Sequence record: NC_070957.1
Strand: one strand, 5' to 3'
DNA length: 64,000 bases
Shown: in pieces, positions 1 to 8,643 of the stretch
Numbering within the stretch: position 1 is the stretch's first letter
How the letters are laid out: the number at the start of each line of letters is the position of its first letter
Program-made: the position numbers and the translations under genes
The notes under the pieces: model-generated
Told to the model about the DNA's origin: nothing
Seen by the model: the letters and a program-made list of their open reading frames with translations, nothing else
The model's database searches: none

Positions 1-34
1 CTTAATCACAACACACTTAATAAAGGAACCAGAC

Positions 35-1663
35 ATGTCCATTCTGAATGATGTAACTTATACCAACCGTGCCGGCACTCGTGAGATCATCGACGAGGTT
101 GTCCAGGAGGCATTCGATAGCGTTTGTTCCACCATGGGTCCGGATGGTAACTACGTCGTGATCAACCAATCCAACGTTCCGGTTACCACCAAAGACGGTG
201 CTTCCGTAGCCAAGGCATTGGACTTCGGTGAAACCCGTCGGAACATGATCGCGCAACTGGTTCGCGAACCGAGTCTCCGAGTAGAGCGTGAAGTCGGTGA
301 TGGTACTACCACCACTGTCTTCATGACCACCAAGCTCTATCAGGCGTTCTGTGACAACATGACTTTCCGTGAAATCCGTTTCATCGATTCCATGGTTGGT
401 AAAGCGCTCGAGGCGCTCCGGAAACTGATCATCCCGGTCAAAGCGAGCTCCCCCGAGTTTAAGCTCATGTTGACTACCACTGCGAACTATGAGACCGAGA
501 TCGTTGAACGCATCCTGGAGCTCTATCAGGGCGATGCTCTCCCGAACATCACGCTTCGGAAGAATCCGAGTATCCCCGAGGACCGTGTTGAGCGTGTCAC
601 TGACCTCCGTTACAACGGCGCGTATCCATCACCTGAAATTCAGGCTATGAGTAAAGCTCCTCGTAGCCGGATTACTTTTGGTGCTGGTACAACCGTGGTC
701 GTGGTCGACAGTAACATCGAGACCATCCAGATGGGTGATCTGGCACGTTTGGCACAACCTGGTGGGGATCCGGTAGTTATCATCGCTACCAGCTTCTCTA
801 TGGCTGCTATCCAGGCCATCAAGGGTTATTACCAGATGGCTAACGAAGAAGCACTGAAAGCACTCCAGGCTGATAAGAGTGCCAATGTCGCATTGACTGC
901 ACCTATTGTTCCGTTCACTGTTCAAGCAGGCGGGACTCTGGGGAAAGCAATGTTGCTGGAAATGGCACAACTGCTGGGTCTGACAACTGCGGTCGATCTG
1001 TCCAATGGTATCACCCTCGCCAAAGAGTGTGATGCTCCTTTCGTTCTGAGTCAAGACGGTGTGACCATTCCTCGGGAATGCGAGCATGTGGAAACTCGCC
1101 GGAAAGAGATGTTGGAAATCAACACCGCTCAGTACGAAGAGCTCGATCAAGCTACTCGTCAAAAGGCACCCGGCCTGATGCTGTTCGAACGCATCGGGAT
1201 TCTTTCTGGTACCAACATCACTGTCAGTGTGACCGGCCAAACAGAAAGTGACTGTTCTGAACGTTACTATCGTTACGAGGACGTCATCACCGCTGCCCGT
1301 AGTTCACTCGGGTTCGGTGTACTTCCTGGTATCGGTTGGGGGTATCTGCAAGCAGCTAAAGAAGTCGAGGACCACTTTTACGAAGTGGGGATCACCCAGA
1401 ACCAACGTATCCTGATGGATAAGTTCCTGGATGTTCTTCGTGCCCAGTACACCTACCTCACCGGTAATGTTTACCGTGACATGGATCGTGTCTCCTTCCT
1501 GGATCTCACCACTGGTGAAGAATCCAAGGATCCTGGCAAGGTCTATGATAACGCCGCTGCAACCTGTCTCGCTCTTGAGAGTGGTTGGGGTGCTGCCAAG
1601 ACCCTGGGTAAACTGAGTACCATCACTGGTCGTGGTGATACCAACTATCTCCACAAGCGTTAA
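35..1663 (+). CDS. groEL: Phage-encoded GroEL-like chaperonin (542 aa)
   Basis: Chaperonin motifs TMGPDG, TTKDGASVAKAL, VGDGTTT, RYEDVITAARS and GVLPGIG. No C-terminal GGM repeats and no GroES gene downstream. Confidence 0.93.
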   Translation: MSILNDVTYTNRAGTREIIDEVVQEAFDSVCSTMGPDGNYVVINQSNVPVTTKDGASVAKALDFGETRRNMIAQLVREPSLRVEREVGDGTTTTVFMTTKLYQAFCDNMTFREIRFIDSMVGKALEALRKLIIPVKASSPEFKLMLTTTANYETEIVERILELYQGDALPNITLRKNPSIPEDRVERVTDLRYNGAYPSPEIQAMSKAPRSRITFGAGTTVVVVDSNIETIQMGDLARLAQPGGDPVVIIATSFSMAAIQAIKGYYQMANEEALKALQADKSANVALTAPIVPFTVQAGGTLGKAMLLEMAQLLGLTTAVDLSNGITLAKECDAPFVLSQDGVTIPRECEHVETRRKEMLEINTAQYEELDQATRQKAPGLMLFERIGILSGTNITVSVTGQTESDCSERYYRYEDVITAARSSLGFGVLPGIGWGYLQAAKEVEDHFYEVGITQNQRILMDKFLDVLRAQYTYLTGNVYRDMDRVSFLDLTTGEESKDPGKVYDNAAATCLALESGWGAAKTLGKLSTITGRGDTNYLHKR

Positions 1664-1668
1664 TTGAA

Positions 1669-1690
1669 AGGGAACCCCGAAGGGTTCCCT
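1669..1690 (+). terminator. Intrinsic terminator-like hairpin
   Basis: agggaaccc-cgaa-gggttccct, 9-bp stem, followed by a pyrimidine/T-rich tract just after the chaperonin stop. Confidence 0.8.
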
Positions 1691-1765
1691 CTCTTCTTTA
1701 CACATTTTATTTTTGTCTCCAACCAGTATCTGTTGTAACTCAATTACCAACTAAAGGAATGAGCG

Positions 1766-2608
1766 ATGTCTAAAGTGCATTTTATCTATGGTCCCATGAA
1801 CAGTTCTAAGACCACCACTTTGATCACCACTGCATACAACTATCGTGAAGAAGCACAGAACCCGGTCATCATGAAACCTTCCCTGGATACTCGGGATGGC
1901 GTTGAACCGATGATAAAGTCTCGTCCTGGTCTGACCGCTGCCTGCCAACTTTTCGACAAGAGTGAGAATCTCTTCGTCAAGGTCGCTGCACTCTCTGGAG
2001 CTACCCAGGAAGAACTGAACTGGCTGGAAGAAAACCTCCCTCCTCGACCCGCACCGGATGTAGCCGAAATGGTCTCTGGTATCAGAACCGCCTGGATCAA
2101 CAAGGGGGTGATGCTCAAGGACATCCTCCCTGGCTATGACCAAAGTCGTCTTGACGAACTCAGCGAGATGCTGAAGACCCAGAAAGTCAGGGTGAAAGAA
2201 TACCAGTACACCCGCCACCAAACTCTGGAACTCTTCGGGACCCGCATCAATAAAACCATCGACTGTGTTCTGGTTGATGAAGTTCAGTTCCTGACCGAGG
2301 AACAGGCCCTCGATCTCCTGGACATCGCCGATTATCTCCGTATCCCTGTAATGGCCTTTGGTCTCCGGAACGACTTCAAGGGGGAGATCTTCCCTGCCTC
2401 CAAGATCCTGATGGCTCAGGCAGAAGTCTGTAAAGAGAACAAGGGTGTGTGCTGGTGTGGTCGTAAGGCTACCCACGTGCTCCGCATAGCCGAAGATGGT
2501 ACTGTGGATACTGATGGTCCTCAGGTTAAGGTTGGTGGTAATGACACCTACAAATCCGTCTGTCGCTATCACCACCGTGCAGGTATGTATCGTAAGCCAG
2601 GGATTTAA
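1766..2608 (+). CDS. tdk: Thymidine kinase (TK1/Tdk family) with an internal insertion of about 80 aa
   Basis: YGPMNSSKT P-loop, KPSLDTR, CVLVDEVQFL, FGLRNDFKGEIF, zinc sites CWC and CRYH, VKVGGNDTY. Confidence 0.93.
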   Translation: MSKVHFIYGPMNSSKTTTLITTAYNYREEAQNPVIMKPSLDTRDGVEPMIKSRPGLTAACQLFDKSENLFVKVAALSGATQEELNWLEENLPPRPAPDVAEMVSGIRTAWINKGVMLKDILPGYDQSRLDELSEMLKTQKVRVKEYQYTRHQTLELFGTRINKTIDCVLVDEVQFLTEEQALDLLDIADYLRIPVMAFGLRNDFKGEIFPASKILMAQAEVCKENKGVCWCGRKATHVLRIAEDGTVDTDGPQVKVGGNDTYKSVCRYHHRAGMYRKPGI

Positions 2609-2643
2609 TAGCTGAAGATTTAACATGGAGGATATTTCAGACC

Positions 2644-2659
2644 GATATTACTATAGTGA
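2644..2659 (+). promoter_or_regulatory. Putative early (virion RNAP) promoter
   Basis: gatattactatagtga; matches a motif recurring upstream of at least 8 accessory units and resembles the phiKZ early TATATTAC core. Confidence 0.65.
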
Positions 2660-2707
2660 AGATACATAGGGTATCTCATTAATGTAACTACATCGGAGAA
2701 ATATAAC

Positions 2708-3397
2708 ATGGCTATCATCACTATCAAATCTGTATCCCTGGTTGGCGTTTCCAAGTTCGTTCGTGCCTTCGCCTTTGACGAAGATAAGATGGGTGTTCAC
2801 CAGGCCATCATGGAAACTCCTGAGTATAAGGAGCTTTCCAAACTGACCGATATGAGTCAGTATGACAAAGACGTTTGTGCAATGGACTACGAAATCAAAT
2901 TCGAATCCATCCGTCACAAACATCATCCGCTGAACAATCAAACTCTGCGTCAGCAAGTCTGGTACACCACCCTGGAAATCGTTAAAGAGGAGAAGATCAA
3001 ATTGGAACCCATCGAAATCAAAGTACCGCGTATCAAGGTTGAAAGCTACACCCGTGAACTGGACTTCGGTCGTCAGTACCGCAGCCTGCACGCCAACAAG
3101 ATCACCAAGTCCAAGAACTACACCGGTATGGCTGTAGGTGCCCTGGCTGCCGTTGGTCTGGAAGTGCTGGCTGAAGACAGCAATGCCGCCTCCATCGTAG
3201 CTGCTGCTGCCGGTGCTGGACTGGGTGCCCTGGCTGTATCCAACGCCGCCGACATGATGGACGACAACCTGGCCAACTCTGCACTGCTGGGTCTGTACAC
3301 CATGTCCGCCGGGATCATGTTCGGTCGCATCACCGCCGTACTGACTGCCGATAAAGAAGTCGAGCAGGTTTCAGCAGAATACGCCGACGAGCTGTAA
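2708..3397 (+). CDS. Hypothetical membrane protein with a C-terminal Gly/Ala-rich hydrophobic region (229 aa)
   Basis: GGAG RBS; hydrophobic segments GMAVGALAAVGLEVL, IVAAAAGAGLGALAV and ALLGLYTMSAGIMFG. Confidence 0.75.
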   Translation: MAIITIKSVSLVGVSKFVRAFAFDEDKMGVHQAIMETPEYKELSKLTDMSQYDKDVCAMDYEIKFESIRHKHHPLNNQTLRQQVWYTTLEIVKEEKIKLEPIEIKVPRIKVESYTRELDFGRQYRSLHANKITKSKNYTGMAVGALAAVGLEVLAEDSNAASIVAAAAGAGLGALAVSNAADMMDDNLANSALLGLYTMSAGIMFGRITAVLTADKEVEQVSAEYADEL

Positions 3398-3404
3398 GAG
3401 ATAT

Positions 3405-3427
3405 CCCTCCTGCCATTGGCAGGAGGG
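3405..3427 (+). terminator. Intrinsic terminator-like hairpin
   Basis: ccctcctgcc-att-ggcaggaggg, 10-bp stem, then a T-rich tract. Confidence 0.8.
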
Positions 3428-3520
3428 TTTCTTATTTCACATTTAATTTTTCATTATATGAACTCCGCATCCTTTCTATTGGGAGAGTGCGACTCATAAC
3501 TTTTGCACAAGGATATACGA

Positions 3521-4129
3521 ATGCAATCAGTTAACCTGAAGAAACCCGTGGACTACTTCATCAATATTCTTCGTGAATATCGTCCGATGTCTCTGTTCGA
3601 GGACACTCCCGACAACAAGGATATCATCCTGTCCAACTGGACTACTGACGCCGATGGCGTTAGCGATGTTGTGGTTCGTTCCGAAGTAACCGCCAACCAA
3701 AAGACCGAACAAGTCAAGTTCCAAGCAGGCACCCTGCTGGGAATGTTGCGTGGTGTTGCCAAGGAATACACCGAGGAAGGTGTTGATGTCGGCCTGTACC
3801 TCATCGAGAACGAGCTCGCGCTCTTTATCGAAGAAGGTAACCAGGATTTCGTAGCCGCACTGGAATGCACTGGCTATCAGTTCGATGAAGGCAACCTCAG
3901 CTTTGGTAACTCCCCCGAGGGTGACGAAGATGTGGCCGTCGCTGGTATTCTCCACATCGAGTATCCCTTTGTGGTCGGTAAGATCCCCGTCTATGTGATC
4001 GCCGATGCCCCGGTAGAAGAGGAATCCGAAGAACCCTCCCAGGAGGAAGAGAAGGAAGTCACTCAACAACCGGTACAGAAACAACATTACGGTCATCAAG
4101 GCCGTAAGAACAAACAAAAGCACAACTGA
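3521..4129 (+). CDS. Hypothetical acidic protein (202 aa) with a Glu-rich then basic C-terminal tail
   Basis: Start moved from TTG 3503 to ATG 3521 because AAGGA lies 7 nt upstream; tail EEESEEPSQEEEKE...GRKNKQKHN. Confidence 0.75.
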   Translation: MQSVNLKKPVDYFINILREYRPMSLFEDTPDNKDIILSNWTTDADGVSDVVVRSEVTANQKTEQVKFQAGTLLGMLRGVAKEYTEEGVDVGLYLIENELALFIEEGNQDFVAALECTGYQFDEGNLSFGNSPEGDEDVAVAGILHIEYPFVVGKIPVYVIADAPVEEESEEPSQEEEKEVTQQPVQKQHYGHQGRKNKQKHN

Positions 4130-4158
4130 TCATTGATGCTTATTAGTTAACACGCACA

Positions 4159-4192
4159 AATACCAAGGCTGGGGAAACCCGGTCTTGGTATT
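4159..4192 (+). terminator. Intrinsic terminator-like hairpin with GAAA loop
   Basis: aataccaaggctggg-gaaa-cccggtcttggtatt, 15 bp including two G-U pairs. Confidence 0.8.
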
Positions 4193-4222
4193 AACTTTCT
4201 ATGTCCTATTTATTTATAGATC

Positions 4223-4238
4223 GATATTATTACAGTGA
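4223..4238 (+). promoter_or_regulatory. Putative early promoter
   Basis: gatattattacagtga, directly after a terminator and upstream of the 4306 operon. Confidence 0.65.
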
Positions 4239-4305
4239 CGAACAACTCCATGTTCATTCAATGCAGTCATACGTACTGTCAACCATAACGTATTAGAGGT
4301 CTATT

Positions 4306-5037
4306 ATGATTAACGAACAAATGCTTGCTGGTGCCATTCGTAAGGCGATCGAACCCCTGACTTCAATCGAGGATAACAACCTCTTTATGTTTGAAGTAGG
4401 TCAGGTACTCTGTCGGTTTAAAACCAACGTTTACATGATGTTGGACGAAGACATGTGTTACCGAGATCCCAACGAGCTGATTAACTTTGTCATCACTGCT
4501 GGTGCGGACGTTGTTAATGCGGGCGGGTACACTGAGATCATTAAACGTGACCGAACCGTTCTTCGGATTTCTGGTGTTCATGATTACGGTGCGACTACCC
4601 TGGAACAGGGACACGAGTTCTTGTACAACGAAGATATCAGCGATCTCATCCCTGCCGACCGTTTGGTCAGAATGCACGATACCCATTTCATGAGTGCACG
4701 TCAAGAAGGGGAAGGTGCACCCAAGAACGATCTGGAACGATTCGAATCCTTAGGGTTCAATCTGGAAAGTGCTCACGGTTATCATTTCAACACTGATCGT
4801 TTCCTGGATTCCAGGGCCACTGTAAGTATGACTATCAGTGGTCGTGTCTTCGCTGCGGCGTACGCTAAGAAGCGTCGTGAAACAGCCGAACGTCATCCTG
4901 GGTCTGAAGGTCGTTATCTCAGCCAGGGTCGTGAAGCTAATCGGTTGCAACGACTGGAAGATGAAAGTAATCCTGTTCCGGAAGAACGTCCTGGTTTATC
5001 CGGTCGTCAGTTCCACATGCAATTCATGGCTAAGTAA
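4306..5037 (+). CDS. Hypothetical protein (243 aa)
   Basis: GAGG RBS; first gene after the promoter motif. Confidence 0.75.
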   Translation: MINEQMLAGAIRKAIEPLTSIEDNNLFMFEVGQVLCRFKTNVYMMLDEDMCYRDPNELINFVITAGADVVNAGGYTEIIKRDRTVLRISGVHDYGATTLEQGHEFLYNEDISDLIPADRLVRMHDTHFMSARQEGEGAPKNDLERFESLGFNLESAHGYHFNTDRFLDSRATVSMTISGRVFAAAYAKKRRETAERHPGSEGRYLSQGREANRLQRLEDESNPVPEERPGLSGRQFHMQFMAK

Positions 5038-5046
5038 GGAATGTAA

Positions 5047-5613
5047 ATGAGTAATCTCGTAATCTTAGAAACCAAGGGCAGGGGTTTTTGGAAACCCATA
5101 ATTTCCGAAGATGGTGCCAAGTGGGTCGAAACAAATGTTCCCCCTCACTTTGGTTCCATCCAGGCGCACTCCACAATCATGTCGGTGGGCTATCACTGGA
5201 AGAAACATGCTGTACTGTTTAGCATCATGGGTACCTTGCGTGGATACGACATCTTTATTAACGCATGGTCCCTTACAACCGACACCTGTACCCCTCGTCT
5301 GGTAAGAGTAAGGTTGGAAGGTCAACCACTTGGATGGCTTTCCAAAGAGGAATCCCTGCGGTACCTCAAACGTTGGTTGTTGAGTGAAGGGCTCTACACA
5401 GTGGCAGGTTATCCTCCCAGAACCAGGAAGATGATCTATCAGATGCTGGAGGAGATAAAGGATGATCACGTAACCACTTACTACCCTGGCTATCTATACA
5501 GGTTAAGTAAACATCATGGTCGTTGGCGTTTATCTCACGACGGAAAAGTTTGCCTGGATATCAATCATCTCAATCAAATCACTCAAGCCAATCTGTACCA
5601 TTTGGCCGTGTAA
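5047..5613 (+). CDS. Hypothetical protein (188 aa)
   Basis: AAGGA RBS 6 nt upstream; operon spacing. Confidence 0.7.
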   Translation: MSNLVILETKGRGFWKPIISEDGAKWVETNVPPHFGSIQAHSTIMSVGYHWKKHAVLFSIMGTLRGYDIFINAWSLTTDTCTPRLVRVRLEGQPLGWLSKEESLRYLKRWLLSEGLYTVAGYPPRTRKMIYQMLEEIKDDHVTTYYPGYLYRLSKHHGRWRLSHDGKVCLDINHLNQITQANLYHLAV

Positions 5614-5622
5614 GGAATAACC

Positions 5623-6063
5623 ATGTTAAAAGACCCGGTAGTCGTTTACACCGATCCAGAGAAAACCATCATCAGTACTCACGGTGAAAATCTAGCCCAG
5701 AAAGACTTTGGCCTTTACAACGAAATAAGTGAATTCAGAAGAGAGGGGTTCAAAACACCCGATCAGATCAGATCAATTCTGGATAGGGGTGGTTTCTCGT
5801 TACGTCGTCGGGTTGATGGCAAGAAAGGATTCATTCTTGAACGCAAGTTTGGATTCACTCACATCGGGGTCATTGAAGAAATAGTGATGGAAGAAAACAC
5901 CATGGCTGTTTTAGGTTGGGAAGTTCGCCAAGATAGCCATGATAAGATTTTCATTAAAGAGATCAGACATGAAGTAGGTCGCGGTAGCGAAGACTTCAAC
6001 CCTAGGAAGGGATGGCTCTGTGATGTAATCTCCTTCAGTGTGTTGCTGGATGAACTTTTGTAA
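5623..6063 (+). CDS. Hypothetical protein (146 aa)
   Basis: AAGGA RBS; ends just before a convergent terminator. Confidence 0.75.
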   Translation: MLKDPVVVYTDPEKTIISTHGENLAQKDFGLYNEISEFRREGFKTPDQIRSILDRGGFSLRRRVDGKKGFILERKFGFTHIGVIEEIVMEENTMAVLGWEVRQDSHDKIFIKEIRHEVGRGSEDFNPRKGWLCDVISFSVLLDELL

Positions 6064-6067
6064 TAAC

Positions 6068-6106
6068 ATAATAAACCCCTACCCCATCCTTTCGGAGGGG
6101 TAGGGG
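6068..6106. repeat. 39-bp bidirectional terminator element, copy 1 (inverted copy at 24040-24078)
   Basis: ataataaacccctaccccatcctttcggaggggtagggg is the exact reverse complement of 24040-24078; lies between convergent genes. Confidence 0.9.
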
Positions 6107-6113
6107 GTCTTTA

Positions 6114-6764
6114 TTAAGGATTATTTTTGATTACGTCTTCCAACTCTTTGACGTATGTCTGGAGTTCGAGGATTTGCTGACGTTGTTGTTCAATGATGAT
6201 CGTTGCCGACGGTTCATCAGTGATGCGATTTTGGCGAGACTGTTCCCATGCCTCTGCTTCCAATTTGGAAACGTATCCACGGGTAGGTACGGTAGTCACA
6301 ACCACGTTAGGGTTCTGAATCCCGAATGCACCTTTCAGATACTCGTCAATGTACGCAACGGCATTATTGACACGATCTTTCAGGTGTGGTGGGCAGGAAC
6401 CCAGGTCGGCCACAATGCCAACACGCTCATAGATCACACCATCCGCAACTGGGAACGATTTGATGTAAGTAGAGAGCACATAGGTGGGACCACGACCACG
6501 ACTCGCCAGAGAGACAACCACAGCGTTTTGCGAGATAGCCGTTTCAATCTGGCTGTTCACTTCACTTACATGGTTCGGGTCATCTTTGCTATACCCGAGC
6601 GGTTCGTAAATGATTTTGAACAGATCCAGTTTGAGCGCCTGCATCTCAGGGATCGTTCGGTTAGCCTCGACAGAATAGAAGACGTCTTCTTTTACCACTT
6701 TGTCGAACGGAGCTTCTGCTACGAACTTACCAGCCGCTCTGATCGACGGAATGTTATTCGTCAT
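6114..6764 (-). CDS. Conserved phiKZ-like hypothetical, probably virion protein (216 aa)
   Basis: Overlaps the stop of the upstream minus-strand gene; C-terminal coiled coil; lies in a phiKZ-like structural block (synteny inference). Confidence 0.7.
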   Translation of the reverse strand: MTNNIPSIRAAGKFVAEAPFDKVVKEDVFYSVEANRTIPEMQALKLDLFKIIYEPLGYSKDDPNHVSEVNSQIETAISQNAVVVSLASRGRGPTYVLSTYIKSFPVADGVIYERVGIVADLGSCPPHLKDRVNNAVAYIDEYLKGAFGIQNPNVVVTTVPTRGYVSKLEAEAWEQSRQNRITDEPSATIIIEQQRQQILELQTYVKELEDVIKNNP

Positions 6765-8091
6765 CTACAAGACCGTCCTTAATGAATTGATAGCGGGTCG
6801 CCATGGTGATCTTGGCAACGCTACTACGTTTTGTCAGGTACATCCGACCACCGATAGTCACCCGTTGCATACCTGCCGGAGGGAGGTCTGTCGGACGGTT
6901 GACTTCCGCAGCAGCCAGCATGGATTCCAAGTCGAACACGAACTGGTGAGTCTCTTTACTCATGTAACCAGCCTGGCTGTCGTCGGACGGAATCAGTTGG
7001 TAATCAGGGAATACCTGACGGATGTGGATCCGACCTTGGTTGTTCCGGGGCTTGCCTACAAAGGACACTGCTGCTGATTTATAGAGCGACGGAACGATCT
7101 GGAGGGATTTTATGATATCATCCTCTGCGTAGAAGTCAGCGTACTTCTTCGCAAGTGCATCTCCACCTTGGAAAGTAAAGATAGGACTCAGAGTAGAACC
7201 TTTCTGTGTCTCGTTCAACAATGCAAGCTCATTCCAGTGAGGAATGGCGATGAACTCCAGTGGGTTAAACAAGTCTGGTATGACTTCCTCCCACTTGGTT
7301 TCGGGGTGCTTGGAGTTGGAGAGAATACAGTTTCGGATCGCCTCAAATGTTTCTTCTTCGGCGTCGTTCGGGTTCCCGTAATAAATCACCGTCCAAACAG
7401 CTTTATTGAACTTCGGCTTGTTGATCAAGTCGTAGACATTAAAGGTGTAAGTGGTGCGCAGTGTGTATGGATCGGTTTTACCAACCAGGGCATCAACACG
7501 ATCTTGGACCTTATCGGTGGTTTCTTCGTACAGACGGTTTTGCACTTCTTTATAGTTGTGCTCTGCCAGATAGTCGATGTCACCAGGAGGGATAGGACCA
7601 ACGACGTAGATCTCCCGGTACGGGAACTCCAGAGCAAAGGCGGCATTAGCCATCCAGATTTTGAACTCGTGGACCACCCCACCTGCTTCATAGGTGAAGT
7701 TAATGCTGGAGGGTAACCAGATAGTGCTATTGGTCACCATCTCACCAACACTCTTCCAAACCCATCCTTTCGAGAAATTGGTCTTGAGAGCTTGGAGACA
7801 GATATTGGAATCATCAGTGATGTTTCCCTTCTTCGCCTCGTTGTACAGCCAGTCCAGCATCGTGAGAACCGGGTCTTGGTGACTCGTCGGAATCTGCTCA
7901 TAGCGGTTTTCCGGGGAGTCCAATTTAACACCACGGAATCCAACCAACAGAACGGGACTGTCTTTCTTGAAATAGAAGTCAGGTTCCTTCGCATAGGTTT
8001 TGGTCTTGTTGGTCAACTCGCCAATCGGTGAGTTAGAACCATTCCTTACCAAACCCGCCACTTCCGCGAAGCAACTGTAGAGGTTACTCAT
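6754..8091 (-). CDS. Putative virion structural protein (445 aa)
   Basis: Long ORF with GAGGA RBS; position next to the RNase H-like gene fits phiKZ-like synteny (inference). Confidence 0.7.
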   Translation of the reverse strand: MSNLYSCFAEVAGLVRNGSNSPIGELTNKTKTYAKEPDFYFKKDSPVLLVGFRGVKLDSPENRYEQIPTSHQDPVLTMLDWLYNEAKKGNITDDSNICLQALKTNFSKGWVWKSVGEMVTNSTIWLPSSINFTYEAGGVVHEFKIWMANAAFALEFPYREIYVVGPIPPGDIDYLAEHNYKEVQNRLYEETTDKVQDRVDALVGKTDPYTLRTTYTFNVYDLINKPKFNKAVWTVIYYGNPNDAEEETFEAIRNCILSNSKHPETKWEEVIPDLFNPLEFIAIPHWNELALLNETQKGSTLSPIFTFQGGDALAKKYADFYAEDDIIKSLQIVPSLYKSAAVSFVGKPRNNQGRIHIRQVFPDYQLIPSDDSQAGYMSKETHQFVFDLESMLAAAEVNRPTDLPPAGMQRVTIGGRMYLTKRSSVAKITMATRYQFIKDGLVDDE

Positions 8092-8134
8092 ACTTTTTGA
8101 TCCTCAGGTTATTGTACAATGAATAGGGTGTGAA

Positions 8135-8569
8135 TTGATAAAATGGTGGAACATAAAAATGTGGTTCGTGATAAGGGAGGTAACAGACCGGTTCGTTTTG
8201 AACCGGGTGGTAAACTGGGCGTCTGATAAGACCCAGAAACACCTTGTCGGTAGCCTTTCCGGTGCCGTTGTGTTCTGTGTGTTCTTACTCATGATTCTGG
8301 CTAACGTTTCCGTTAAAGCCATGACTCTGTGGTATGAACGCCGAGCTCTTCTCGACAACTTGACTCATGTAGAGGCAAGAATGTTAGACGTGCAAGAGAA
8401 CACGAATCTCTTTATCGGCGTACTCCATGAGACGAATGAATCTAAACAGGCTTTGATCGCTGACAACATCAAGTTGAAAAATGACCTTAGCTTGTTGATG
8501 CTTCGTAACAAGGAGTTGGTAAAGAGAAATCGGCTGCTTGAAAAGGAGTTAGATCTCTCCCAGAAATAA
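8135..8569 (+). CDS. Single-TM coiled-coil protein (144 aa)
   Basis: Hydrophobic segment LVGSLSGAVVFCVFLLMILANV followed by a heptad-rich helix; start codon uncertain (TTG 8135 or a later ATG). Confidence 0.7.
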   Translation: MIKWWNIKMWFVIREVTDRFVLNRVVNWASDKTQKHLVGSLSGAVVFCVFLLMILANVSVKAMTLWYERRALLDNLTHVEARMLDVQENTNLFIGVLHETNESKQALIADNIKLKNDLSLLMLRNKELVKRNRLLEKELDLSQK

Positions 8570-8643
8570 AGTGATCTAAATAAAATTTCACTCAAAGAAG
8601 AATCGGTTGTCCCATAGTTAAACCCAACGTGCAGGTATAAACA

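Noticed and set aside
5036-5049. AAGGA-ATG-TAA-ATG start-stop element
   Set aside because: The first ATG abuts the SD with zero spacing; the second ATG has normal spacing, so this is probably coincidental.
8135-8569. TM plus coiled-coil protein as an i-spanin or holin
   Set aside because: No nested or adjacent lipoprotein o-spanin, and it is far from the endolysin; the topology alone is not diagnostic.
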